Below, one piece after another: positions 1-11,564 of a stretch of 64,000 nt of DNA; position 1 is the stretch's first letter; every line of letters begins with the position of its first letter. Location of the stretch: assembly GCA_964270895.1 (NCBI GenBank), contig OZ185444.1. One strand, given 5' to 3'. The notes under the pieces were generated by a model. The model ran no database searches. It was given only the letters and a program-made list of their open reading frames with translations, and was not told the DNA's origin. A program made the translations under genes and the position numbers. The stretch is from Podarcis filfolensis. Its lineage: Eukaryota.

Positions 1-1805
1 AGCTCCAGAGGTGTAATTTAGTAGAAATGCTTTCTTCTTCTGCTTCTCTCTCTTGCCATTTCCTTTAAAGCAAAATAATACACACCAGGGCCAAAAGCAT
101 TTGTTCTTTCTATACCATTCCTATGGGGAATAGTGTAAAAAGCTCTTTCTCTCTTGCTTGTGTGTATATTTCTATCTGTCTGTAACACCTACATTGTGGG
201 ACACACCTGACTATCCCATGAAGCACATTAACCAAAGGCCTTTGGAAAATTAAAGGGCTGCACTTTTCTTTGGATTACAGATTAGCTGTTTCTGCAAGCA
301 CCAATATATATACAGCAACTTTGTTTAATGCCGCCTAAATATTTTCAGGACAAATATACAGCTTTCAAAAAGTCTAAAATCCTACCTCCTTCACTGATTT
401 TCAGACTCTGTTCACCAACTGGATGCTTCCTGGTCAGCACAATTTCCGACCTTCACTCAGCTTTTCAGATATGGTGACACGTTGGCAACACTGAGGGCAA
501 ACAAAGCCAATCCAGAAGGAGGGTAATGTCTCTTTCGTAGCATTACCATCTCTCTGAACACACATTTGGGTGCCCTTTCAAGCACCCTTTCCGAAACTGG
601 GGTGGTTTTCACAGGGGCAAAAATGTAAACTAAAAGTAATCTCGTCCGTAAACTCAACACGAATTGTCTGTGGGTTTCCCTGCTATAATCCCACTTTTTA
701 ATATCTCCGTCCCTTTCCTTCCTGTCTTCTGTGCCCTTTGTTTCTGCAGGCCCCTGTTTCCTCTTTTCTCACTCCACTTCCTAAACTGTCTTCTTCCTTC
801 TGCCATCCAGCTTCTAGATTCCCTGCCCCTTATCTTTCCTATCACCTTGAACCTCTTTCTATTCAGCTCAAGTCCTCTTTATGCTCACACACAATTGGAA
901 CCTTGTGAAATTTAAATCCCAGCAATTTAACAACTTTTGCTTTCCTTGCAGGAGCTGGGTTGCAGACATTCTGCTGTTGACAACTTCAGTTTTGGAATGA
1001 ATGACTGTGAACATTCTGTGATAACACAGCCACTCAGCCAATTGCTACCAGCGGCTCCACCACAAAGCAGGCAAACAAAAATCCTTAATGAATGACAGCA
1101 TAGAATAAAATGGTGCAATTATGAAGCTTCCATGTGAGAATTCCAACATCATCAGCCTTTCTTGACACACAAGCCTAGCAAATTACTTCACCAGACAACC
1201 ACTGACAAGATTTCCAGGCAAGTCATTCAGCCCCATAGCACTCAATTACCAGGAAAAAGAGGGATGGCTCTGCTGCTGTCACAAACCATTGCGAACAGTT
1301 TCCATAATCCCTACTTTGAACTCCATCATTACTGTAGTTTACAATGACTTTATTAGAGGCTTAATTGAATTGGTCCTGCTCCGGGTGTTCCTCGCTAAGA
1401 CACCAGCCATTAGCTCCTGCTAATGAGGGAATCCAGAGGATTACTGCATCAATTATCAGGTTTGGTTTGGACTGTAAGGGCAGCCAGCAGCAGGCTCTTG
1501 TGAATTCAACTGAGAAGTGTGACACAGAGAGCTCAGTGGTAGAAAGAAGCATGCTTAGCCATGCACATCCATTCAGAAATACACACATCAGCACACATAG
1601 CAAAGACATAGAAGAACAAGCCTAACATCATCTGGATACCCAAGGACAGTGGACTAGAGAAGACATCCTTCACTCTTCTCTTAACCATTATGGGAAGATG
1701 GCTGTATGTGTGTGTGTGTTTCTCAGTGACCAAGACCATTAGCCAGTAAAGGAGACCATGGAGAAGAGGCTCTGTTCCTGCTTCTGGTACCACATACTCA
1801 GAAGC

Positions 1806-1877
1806 CATGGAATCATAGAATCATAGAGTTGGAAGAGACCACAAGGGCCATCGAGTCCAACTCCCTGCCAAGCAGGG
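1806..1877 (-). mobile_element. CR1-type LINE/SINE 3' tail fragment
   Basis: CATAGAATCATAGAGTTGGAAGAGACC...AGTCCAAC is the reverse complement of the squamate CR1 3' end (TTCCAACTCTATGATTCTATG repeats). Confidence 0.7.
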
Positions 1878-2033
1878 ATATGAAGTCATGACTCCCTGCA
1901 CTTAAGCTTGAGGGTCAAATGCTTCTACACAGCTCAAAGGTCATTCAGCACTCTCACATCTCCTTATGGACCACTGTTGTCTTGGTTGAGACTACAATTG
2001 AGACTACAATTATTGAGCACCGATTGTCTACAC

Positions 2034-2168
2034 CAGGGGTGGGAAATATGTGTCCCTCCAGATATTGTTTGATTGCAGCTTCCATTATCCCTGACCACTG
2101 ATCATGCTGGCTGGGGCTAGTGGGAGTTGTAGTCCATCATCTGGATGGCACCATGTTAGCTGCCCCTG
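2034..2168. mobile_element. Short hAT-type MITE
   Basis: CAGGGG...CCCCTG termini. Degenerate 8-bp TSD GTCTACAC / GTGTATA(C), the right copy split by the SINE insertion. Related fragments near 3110, 36490, 49620, 54965 and 58815. Confidence 0.6.
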
Positions 2169-2175
2169 GTGTATA

Positions 2176-2532
2176 AAAGGTAAAGGTACCCCTGCCCGTA
2201 CGGGCCAGTCTTGACAGACTCTAGGGTTGTGCGCTCATCTCACTCTAGAGGCCGGGAGCCAGCGCTGTCCGCAGACACTTCCGGGTCATGTGGCCAGCGT
2301 GACAAGCTGCATCTGGCGAGCCAGCGCAGCACACGGAACGCCGTTTACCTTCCCGCTAGTAAGCGGTCCCTATTTATCTACTTGCACCCGGGGGTGCTTT
2401 CGAACCGCTAGGTTGGCAGGTGCTGGGACCGAGCGACGGGAGCGCACCCTGCCACGGGGGTTCGAACCACCGACCTTTCGATCGGCAAGCCCTAGGCGCT
2501 GAGGCTTTTACCCACAGTGCCACCTGCGTCCC
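2176..2532 (-). mobile_element. Sauria SINE, apparently full length
   Basis: Begins with the reverse-complemented ACCTTTACCTTT tail (AAAGGTAAAGGT) and has the typical CpG-rich body. Perfect 14-bp TSD GCCCCTGGTGTATA at 2162-2175 and 2533-2546. Confidence 0.92.
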
Positions 2533-4324
2533 GCCCCTGGTGTATACAAGACTCCATATACCTTACACATCACAGTATTCATCAATAATTCTACCTTGTA
2601 TGTTTCATGTGCTCCTTTCTCTTAAGCAGTGTCCTTAATTGTACTTAGTTCATTTATTGTGGAAAACTGTAGACTTAAGGTTAGTGCAGAGGTGCATGGA
2701 CATCACATGGTTTCTAATTGTTCAGAAAAGGTTTGACGTGATCTCCAATGGCTTGTTCACACATGCAAATCATCATTTGGTATCACTGTCCTGAGATTGT
2801 GATACTATGCCAGCATTTCTTCTTTGCCCCACTCAAAAAATTCCTAGAAATTATGAACATGTTCCTGTCAAATCTCTGTCATACAAGAACAGAGCTGTCC
2901 CTCTTCCCTGGATTTGATGTATTAGAATGCATATGAACTCACTTTGCAGCACCATGGCAACTGTGTGTGTGTTGTATCGGAGATAATAAAAGAAACAGAG
3001 CTGAGATGGCATAGAACAGAACATTAGAAGGGATCAGGAAGGGAACAAACTAGAAAGCAAGAGAAAATGAATCATAAACTATGACAGCTATGGACAACCA
3101 AAGCTCATCATATGTTGTTGGACTACAACTCCCATCATCCCCAACCACTAACCATACTGCATGGGGCTGATGGGAGTTGGAGTTATTGTACTTCTCCAAC
3201 CCAACAAGCTCCCACAATTTCTACCTCTGTAGAACAGTTTGTTCTGTTCTTTTATTTGCTCTGAAGTCCATATTTTCTCCCATCCTCTGTTCTCCCCAAA
3301 ACTTTCACTGAAACCATTACCCAAAGACTGAGAACCACAGCACTCCAGATACTGCGGGAATCCAAGTCCTATTAGCCCCAGCAATGAAATATATGCTGCA
3401 ACTTTTGTTCCTGTCCTTGTATGCCTGCTGTGCATCAATATTTAAATGTCTCAGATAACTAATAATGTTTATCCTCGGTTCATCTTTGTCCTGATTTGAT
3501 AGGTGGGTAGTTGAAATGCAGTGTGTGCCATCCACCAGCCACGCACTTTGGAGAATCTTCATAAAATGTAATGAGCTTGTTCATAAAGAAGTTTTGGGTG
3601 GGCTGAATCTGGAAAGACCTGAACATGAGGAAGCCTGTAGCAGAATGCCCATTCTCAAATCTCTAGCTTTGCCTATATCCAAACTTCCCCTATATCTCCA
3701 TCCCAGCTGTTTGCCGCTGTTAGATTATGCATTGACCTAAGAGGAGCTGCCAAGCAGTATACAATGGGTGATGTGCCCAGTTCAGCTCCTTGGCAGAAAG
3801 GTAGAATAGAAACACAATAAATAAATTAGGTGTACATAAGGAATTCAGTCTGCAAATTACAGTAAAAACAGACCTGAGCCACATCCCCATAGATCAGTAC
3901 ACAGGCTGCAATCCTAGCCCACCCCCAGCAAGGATTTGAAGAGTGGTGGAACTGCCACTGCATCCACAGACTGGCTGCTCACAGTGGAAGGTGGTGATAG
4001 TAGGGAGGACAGATGGGAGATAGGTAGATATGTCCAACTTTGGAAGCACTAGGGTAGGTGATGAAGGAAGACTATGTGCCTGTAATCCTATACTCAGCTT
4101 CCTAGGTGGAAGCGCCACCAAACGGAGAGGGCTGTACCTTTGAGAAGACATGGGTTAGACTGAGCTTCAAGCACTCCATTCTCAAGTGGTTGATCTGGGC
4201 TAAGAATGCGCTCACAATCCGTGCTAGCTGTGCTGTGGGCAAACAGAACACCTCACAGACTGCCAATTTGGCACCTTCCACCACACACACACACACACAC
4301 ACACACGAGAGAGAGATTCATTTC

Positions 4325-5834
4325 GCAAGAAGCCCAGGATAAAATTCAAGATATTAACTGATGTAAAAGAAAGGGGGGGATTTGCCCTGCCAGATTTTAA
4401 ACTTTATTATGAATCAGCAGCTTTCTGCTGGTTGAAAGACTGGCTACTTCTGGAGAATACAGATATTTTGGACCTAGAAGGGTTCAATAATACTTTTGGG
4501 TGGCATGCATATTTGTGGTACGACAAGGTTAAAGCTCATAAAGCTTTTAAAAACCATATTGTCAGGAAAGCATTGTATAATGTCTGGATTAAGTATAAAG
4601 ATTTGCTGGAGAACAAAACTCCCAGGTGGTTGTCCCCAATGGAGGCACAGGCTGTGAAAAAACTTAATATGGAGTCTAAATGGCCGAAATATTGGGAAAT
4701 TTTGGAACAAGAAGGGGATATACTGAAATTGCAGAGTTATGAGAAATTGAAAGATAAAGTGCGAGACTGACTCCATTATTATCAAATAATGGAGGTTTTT
4801 AAGTTAGACAGGAAAATTGGTTTCCAGGTGGAAAAATCAAAATTGGAGACAGAATTGTTAGAATCCAAAACTAAGAACTTGTCAAAAATGTATAACTTGC
4901 TGTTGGAATGGAATACACAGGATGAAACAGTTAAATCAGCTATGATCAAGTGGGCACAAGATATTGGTCATAATATTATGTTTGATGACTGGGAACGGTT
5001 GTGGACCACCGGTATAAAATTTATGGCATATAATGCCTTAAAAGAAAATATTATGAAAATGATTTATAGGTGGTACATGACTCCAGTCAAGCTCGCAAAA
5101 ATTTACCACTTGCCTGATAATAAGTGTTGGAAATGTAAAGAGACTGAAGGTACATTCTTTCACCTTTGGTGGAGATGCCCAAGGATTAAGGCTTTCTGGG
5201 AAGTGATTTATAATGAAATGAAAAAGGTATTTAAATATACCTTCCTGAAGAAACCAGAGGCCTTTCTCCTGGGCATGGTCGGCCAATTGGTGTCAAAGAA
5301 GGACAGAACATTTTTTATGTATGCTACAACAGCAGCAAGAATACTCATCGCAAAGTATTGGAAGACAGAAGATCTACCCACCGTGGAAGAATGGCAGATG
5401 AAGGTTATAGATTATATGGGACTGGCAGAAATGACCGGCAGAATCCGAGACCAGGGAAAAGAGATGGCGGAAGAAGATTGGAAGAAATTTAAGGACTATC
5501 TTAAGAAACATTGTAAAATTATTGAATGTTAGAACGATGTTGATTCAGAAATTAAGTGGTTTTTAGCTGTAATGATTATGTAATCAAGAAAAAGAAAGGT
5601 CAAAAATTATATGGAAATTAGGGGAAGGATTTGCTGAATTGAATTAATTAGAGATTGGAATACAGAAAGGGGAGGTATGAGGAGGTCGGGAAAGTAAGTT
5701 TTATGAATATAAGGGATTGAAATTATACTTGTTGTTGTATGTGTTTTGTATGTATTTTTGCTGTTTCTGTTTTTTTGTTTTTTCTATTTTATATAAACCT
5801 TTAAAAATTTAATAAATATCTTATATAAAAAAGA
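4325..5834 (+). mobile_element. 5'-truncated L1-clade LINE (~1.5 kb)
   Basis: ORF2 C-terminal half, 3' UTR and short A tail. 18-bp TSD GAGAGAGAGATTCATTTC at 4307-4324 and 5835-5852. Confidence 0.93.
4327..5532 (+). pseudogene. L1 ORF2p C-terminal fragment (post-RT region plus CCHC zinc knuckle)
   Basis: One frame from KKPRIKFKIL...GGFALPDFKLYY through CWKCKETEGTFFHLWWRC to EEDWKKFKDYL. ORFs 4432..4770 and 4789..5532 are in the same frame, split by one TGA at 4768-4770. Confidence 0.9.
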
Positions 5835-6627
5835 GAGAGAGAGATTCATTTCCCCCTTTCATCTCTCCCTTCTTGGTGCTCATTTTTCTTCTGTGTCCAA
5901 GATAAGAAAGGACAGGCAGCTTTAATTATCATTTTGGGGGGAGATGAATCCAAGTCAATACCTTATAGGCACTCTTGACTCGCATGCCTTCCTCTGACTT
6001 TGAATGCTTTGTCTTCTTGCACACTAGCTAGCGGATCCTTGGTGACTAGATGGAGGGAAGAAGTCCTTGAGGACTAAGGCATTAGCACAGCATTCCACCT
6101 TAGGTTAGTGTCCCAGAACTCAGCCAGATATTACTATGACCAGCCGTCTCTTCCAGCAGGAAATCTTCAAAATACCTAGGTAGGTGGGGGTTTGAGCCAT
6201 GATTCAACCATTGTAACATAAACAGCCAAATGCCTAGAGGGTGTGACTGGAAGAGCCATCTCTGGATCACAGCAAAATGTACCTCAACTGGTCTTCCTAG
6301 TATTACACCAAATCACCCAGCAGTTCAAAACAGTTCAAAACACATGAATAGTGTGGGTCCTAAAAATAAATATCTCAAGTGCCAAAGGCCAGGGAAATGT
6401 CATATTCTTTGGATAATGAAGGTACCAGGCATTCCTCTGTTGCCTCTACACATTTATGTCATTAGTTATGCTTTCATTTGCACCACACTTTTCAGATTTT
6501 GTGGGTGCTATATGTACACCGTTTCATACTCTGGATTACCTTTCTTCACTTCCAGTTTTTCTTCTTTTAAGCCAACAAGGGGCAACCTCCAGCCACATTT
6601 GGCCCATGAGGCAGTGTCAGCTAAGCC

Positions 6628-7218
6628 CAGTGGTGTAGAAAGCCCCGGTGGCACCTGGGGTGCTTGCGCCAGACCATGGGGGTGGAGCATGCCAGGAGCA
6701 GGGCATGCTGCTGGAGCTGCATCCCTCCCCAGCGCCCTGGAGGGTGGCTGAGGGGAACATGGTGTGTGTGTGCTGGCCCCAGGCTGCTTGCAAAAGCTGT
6801 GTGGGGCCGGCACCTGAATGGCCATGTCCCTCCCAGGCACCCTCCAGGTGGAGGGCAGCTGAGGGGGAGGCAGCGGGCAGATGCCAGCCCTGTGCTGCCT
6901 TTTGGGGCAGTGCGGAACCTGCAAGGAAGGCTGCTGGGAGAGATCTAGTGGCTCAGGCGTGATCCAGGTCCAGCACTACTCGTGGGGCCAGTGCATGCCA
7001 GTTTCATCCTTCTCAGCTGCCCTCTGGCAACTGGGCAGGGGACACACACAGCATATTGGTGTGCTGCAAGCCCAGCCCTGGGTCATGCTGCTTTTGGGAG
7101 CAGCGTGCTGGGTTCTGGGGTGCCTGGGCTTGTGCGCCAGCCTGGGCTCTGGGGTGCCACCCCCCAAGGTAAGTGCTGCCCGGGGTGCCCCAACCCCCTA
7201 CCTCCAGCCACGCTACTG
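6628..7218. mobile_element. Old GC-rich hAT-like non-autonomous element
   Basis: CAGTGGTGTAG ... CCACGCTACTG degenerate TIRs, degenerate 8-bp flanks (GCTAAGCC / ACTCAGCG), GC-rich CpG-depleted interior. Confidence 0.55.
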
Positions 7219-7438
7219 ACTCAGCGCCACCCACCAGCCCTATGCAATATATGGTATGCTACACATTATGAAATGATGAAATCTGGCATCCTAGAAAGTT
7301 ATAAACACAGCGTCATTTTAAAAAAAGAACAATTTAAGAAGGGAACAGTTGGGGCGAGCGATCCAAAATATATCAGTACAAAACAGAGCAGTATCATAAT
7401 CATTTGAGACATTTTTTAGTTTAGAAAAATGAAGACTA

Positions 7439-7859
7439 TATGGAACTTGCCAAACTGACCAGGAGACTCCGAGACCAGAGAGAAGAGACGGTGGAAGAAG
7501 ACTGGAAGAAGTTTAAGGAATATTTGAAAAAAATATGTTAATATTTAGATCTTTGAATAGCTTTAGAAGTGGATATAGGCTGTAGGGTTAGAAGTAGAAG
7601 ATAGTGTATTTTAAAATAGTATTATTTGTAGGTGATAAAATGTGAAGTTATTTTAAGTGTGATAAAAAAAAGATGGTTAGAAACTATGATATATGTAAAC
7701 TGCTAAAGATGAAGTAAAATGAAAATCAGATAGGTGGGACTTGGGGAAGCCCACTTAACAATGTTTAGATAAAGAAGGATATGACAAGAATTTGTATTGT
7801 TTGTTTTTTTGTTTGTGTTCTTTATTTGTGTTATAAAATGAATTGGAAAAAAAGAAAAA
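7439..7859 (+). mobile_element. Heavily 5'-truncated L1 (second subfamily)
   Basis: Encodes YMELAKLTRRLRDQREETVEEDWKKFKEYLKKIC*, homologous to the ORF2 end at ~5410-5530. A-rich tail and 16-bp TSD AGAAAAATGAAGACTA at 7423-7438 and 7860-7875. Confidence 0.88.
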
Positions 7860-9030
7860 AGAAAAATGAAGACTACCCAGGATACATCTTTAGGAAAGTA
7901 TGAATGGTGTGGAAAGAGGCTGCAGAGAATTATTTCCCTCTTTCTCGTTGAACTTGAATCACCCAGTGAAAATGATCTGTGTTTCACTGAGGACTGATTG
8001 ACAGAAGTACAGTACTCCCTCCACAAAACACATAACTAATGTGAAGAATACGGTGTTACAAGATATGGAGATTTCCACAGTTCTAGATGGGTGAGACAAA
8101 TTAATGGAGAAAGTTTGTTGAAAGCTATTCCCCTTGAATGCTATGTGGAGGCTCCATGTTCAGAAGCAGTTTGTTTTTCAGTAGCAGATTCTGGGGACAA
8201 ATTCTAGGGCAAGGGAGGGGAAACGAAGGCCTGGGCCTTCCAAACTACCCTGGCTGGCCCTCAGACCTTACTGGCCCTGCTGTATGAATGCCAAGGGCTC
8301 TTGCCTTGCTGGAATCTATCCTTGACCTTTGATAATGCCTGTTGCATGTCTGGATGAGGAAGAGAGATGCTTCCATTCCTTGGAATTGGGGGGTGACTAT
8401 CATTTTCATGCTCTTCTTCTAGAGGCATCTACCTAATCCCAGTAGGAAGCAGAATCCTAGGAAGCTCAATAGGCCTTTGTCTGGACCAAGCATGGGTCTT
8501 CTTATGGTCCTGTTGCCCTGGCACTGAAAACAAAAGAAAATGTCATAAGCAAAGCAAACTGGAGAAAAAGAACAACCTAGCTGCGTTTTAGGCCACTAAT
8601 GTGTACACAGCCCGAGACTGCTATACATTTCTCTCTCCTTTGACAGAAACATTTCATGCCAAATGCTAGCTTAGGTGGTGGAATTTGGTAGCTTAATGTA
8701 TTTGTTAGGGATGTTGCTGTTTGTCAGATCGTATATCAAATGAGAGGTTGCTCTGACCTAGGGAGTCCATTTCTATGTTCTTCTGAGGAATGCTTTTGGC
8801 AGGCCCAACTGTCAACCCAAAATGCTTCTGCGTTCCTATCTTTAAATGGAAGATTTGGAGAATGATACCTGGGCTCCTTTCTCTTATTCCCCTTCATACT
8901 AGAGCTGCTTTAAGAGCTAAAGCCATAATGTTAGTTTGCCCAGCTGTACCTAAAGTCTTAAGCCCCACTTAAGAAAGGGAGGTTTCTATGAACTGTGGAT
9001 GCATCTGCAGCAATCATCTTCTCTCTAGTT

Positions 9031-9287
9031 CAGGGGTCACCAACCTAAGGCCCATGGGCCGGAAGTGGTCCGCGGAGGTTGTTTGACCGGTCCACGAGCC
9101 GCTCCCAAACCGAGCTGCCCGCTCGCGCACTACACTAAACCAACGCAGCGCGGCATGGGGACTCGCTTTTGCTGCGCCAGAAATCACATCTGCACAGACA
9201 CTGGGCACACATGCTCACGATCCGGCCCATGGAGGGATCTCCGTGGGACTGATCCAGCCCAGGCAAGATAAACCTTGCTGACCCCTG
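9031..9287. mobile_element. hAT MITE
   Basis: CAGGGGTCA...TGACCCCTG TIRs and perfect 8-bp TSD CTCTAGTT. Confidence 0.9.
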
Positions 9288-9987
9288 CTCTAGTTGAATT
9301 GAATGGATGCATATTCACATCCAGAACCACTGGTTGCAAACTTGTACTGGATTGAGGTCCTTAGGCTCTGTTCAGCCAGAATCACAGAGCTGCAGATGTT
9401 CAGCCACATGTTCTGTATTGTTACATCCTCCCTGCTTCCCCAAGCAGTCAGACGTTCTAAGGCAGCACTAGTAGATTTACTTTCCTTTGTATGAGAGAGC
9501 ACTGGAGACATAAAGTGTCCTTGTAATATTTGCTTTATTTACAAGTGTATAAGCTGAATACAAGTGGAGAGGAAGAGGGAATTCTACAACAGCAAATCTG
9601 ATATCATGTGTTAGATGCCCAGAGAGAGACTCAACACCCCATTGGGCATAGCCTTCAGCCAACTCCCCCTCTCTCCCTCCTATCTCTGTCCCCCTGTCCT
9701 CAAATTCAAAATCTCCAAACTCTATTTTTTGCTGTTTCCCTACTCCGCAACTGGAAGAGTATTGCCTTCTCCATATGGGAATCTCATTCAAAATCACAGA
9801 GAGATTCCTAACTATCAAGCAACCATCTCGTAAACCATCATCTGACCATCCTGGACCATTGACCAGCAACCCACCTATTAAAGGTATTGCTGGTCAGCAT
9901 TCAGATCATTACCTGCTGATCAAGATCATAGTTTTGTGCTCTGATTCATAACCTTTTTAGTCTAGACAGACAGACAGACAGATAGAT

Positions 9988-10240
9988 CATGAGTAGGCAA
10001 ACCAAGGCCCAGGGACCGGATCTGGCCCAATCACCTTCTAAATCCGGCCTGTGGACAGTCTGGGAATCAGTGTGCTTTTACATGAGTAGAATGTGTGCTT
10101 TTATTTAAAATGCATCTCTGGGTTATTTGTGGAGCATAGGAATTCCTTCATTATTATTATTTTTCAAAATATAGTCCGGACCCCCACAAGATCTGAGGTA
10201 CAGTGGACCAGCCCCTGCTGAAAAAGTTTGCTGACCCCTG
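9988..10240. mobile_element. hAT MITE inserted in a TAGA microsatellite
   Basis: CATGAGTAGGCAAA...TTTGCTGACCCCTG termini and perfect 8-bp TSD AGATAGAT. Same family as 14315-14630. Confidence 0.88.
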
Positions 10241-10309
10241 AGATAGATGATAGATAGATGATAGATAGATGATGATAGATAGATAGATAGATTGATATAG
10301 ATAGATAGA
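10241..10309. repeat. (TAGA)n microsatellite
   Basis: Visible imperfect tetranucleotide run. A (CAGA)n run lies on the other side of the MITE at ~9964-9987. Confidence 0.9.
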
Positions 10310-11501
10310 TCCTGCTTCCACTGGCCCACAAGGTGCTAGGCAAATATACATCCAAAGGACTAGGCAAGGTCAGAAATGAACAGGTAGCCTATAATAAGAG
10401 TAATAAATGAGACAATTATGTGTGTGCCTAGCAGCTGGGAAGACTGATACAGACTAAATCAGAAGAGAGTAAGAATCTGCAGTCTGAATGAGGGGAGCAG
10501 ATAAAGCCAAGGTCCTTTTCACATTAAATATTTTCCATTTTTATTGTAATTAAAGTATTTTAAAAATATTAATGGAATAAATTGAACTCCTCTTCTCTAT
10601 TCTCTTCTTATTGTGCAATTACGGTATGGGGCTATCTTGAAAGGATGCCAAAGGGTAATAGATTGGCTCCAAAATGAATCAAATTCCCACTGCTCCACAG
10701 TTAGCAAAATACAAAAACTGGCCCATCCTGTCACCAGTAATTGCAAGCTGGTGGTACTTCTTAATATTCAGTCTTCAAGCAGTAACAGTCAGAGCTATAA
10801 ATGAAGCTTCACTGTAAGGCATGACCTCTGAAACCAACTTAGATAAGAGCCAGAAGGATAATGACAGGAGGAGGGAAAGGACTAGTTAACAAGATCTCAC
10901 CCTGATGGTGAACAAAGGCAAAGAATCAAAAATCTGTAGGCCCTTCCTCACGGATCATGAATTAAGTTCACTTTTTCTAGGAGATCTGTGGTATCTCCAT
11001 TGTCCCCTTTCTTCCTTATGATGAATGTAGGAAATATTCCAACACGTTCACATTTAGAATAGTACACATTTATTATCATAATCAGTGCTTTTTTCTGGGG
11101 GTATGTAGTACCGGAATTTTTTTTCTAGAAGAGAAGCACTGGTCATAATTACTGACAATCTGTTTCTTCCTCTTTACTTCATTTATATCCTGTGACCAGG
11201 TGCGTCAATTCCTAGGGGCCGAGGCAGTTTTGGCCCCCCATTATTCAGGGGGTGTTTGGCTCTGCCCCCTGGCTCCTTACAACTTTGTCAGGGCATCTCA
11301 CATTGTCATGTTGCTGCGCACATGATGTCATGACATCACGCAGCATCACAGACAGGCCCCCTCAATCCTCATAAAAAGATGGTGCCTCTGCCTGTGACAT
11401 AGGTTGGGTTGCGATATGGTGGCTTATCAAAAGTCATTTAAATTGCTGTCTGGGAAAACCCAGCCAGATGGGCGGGATATAAATAATAATTTTATTTTAT
11501 A

Positions 11502-11511
<10 letters not shown>

Positions 11512-11562
<51 letters not shown>
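11512..11562. repeat. (TA)n microsatellite
   Basis: Visible dinucleotide run preceded by (TG)n. Confidence 0.95.

Positions 11563-11564
<2 letters not shown>

Noticed and set aside
6230-7407. Several 100-170 aa ORFs
   Set aside because: They overlap a GC-rich non-autonomous element, have low-complexity G/A/P/C composition and show no recognisable domain.
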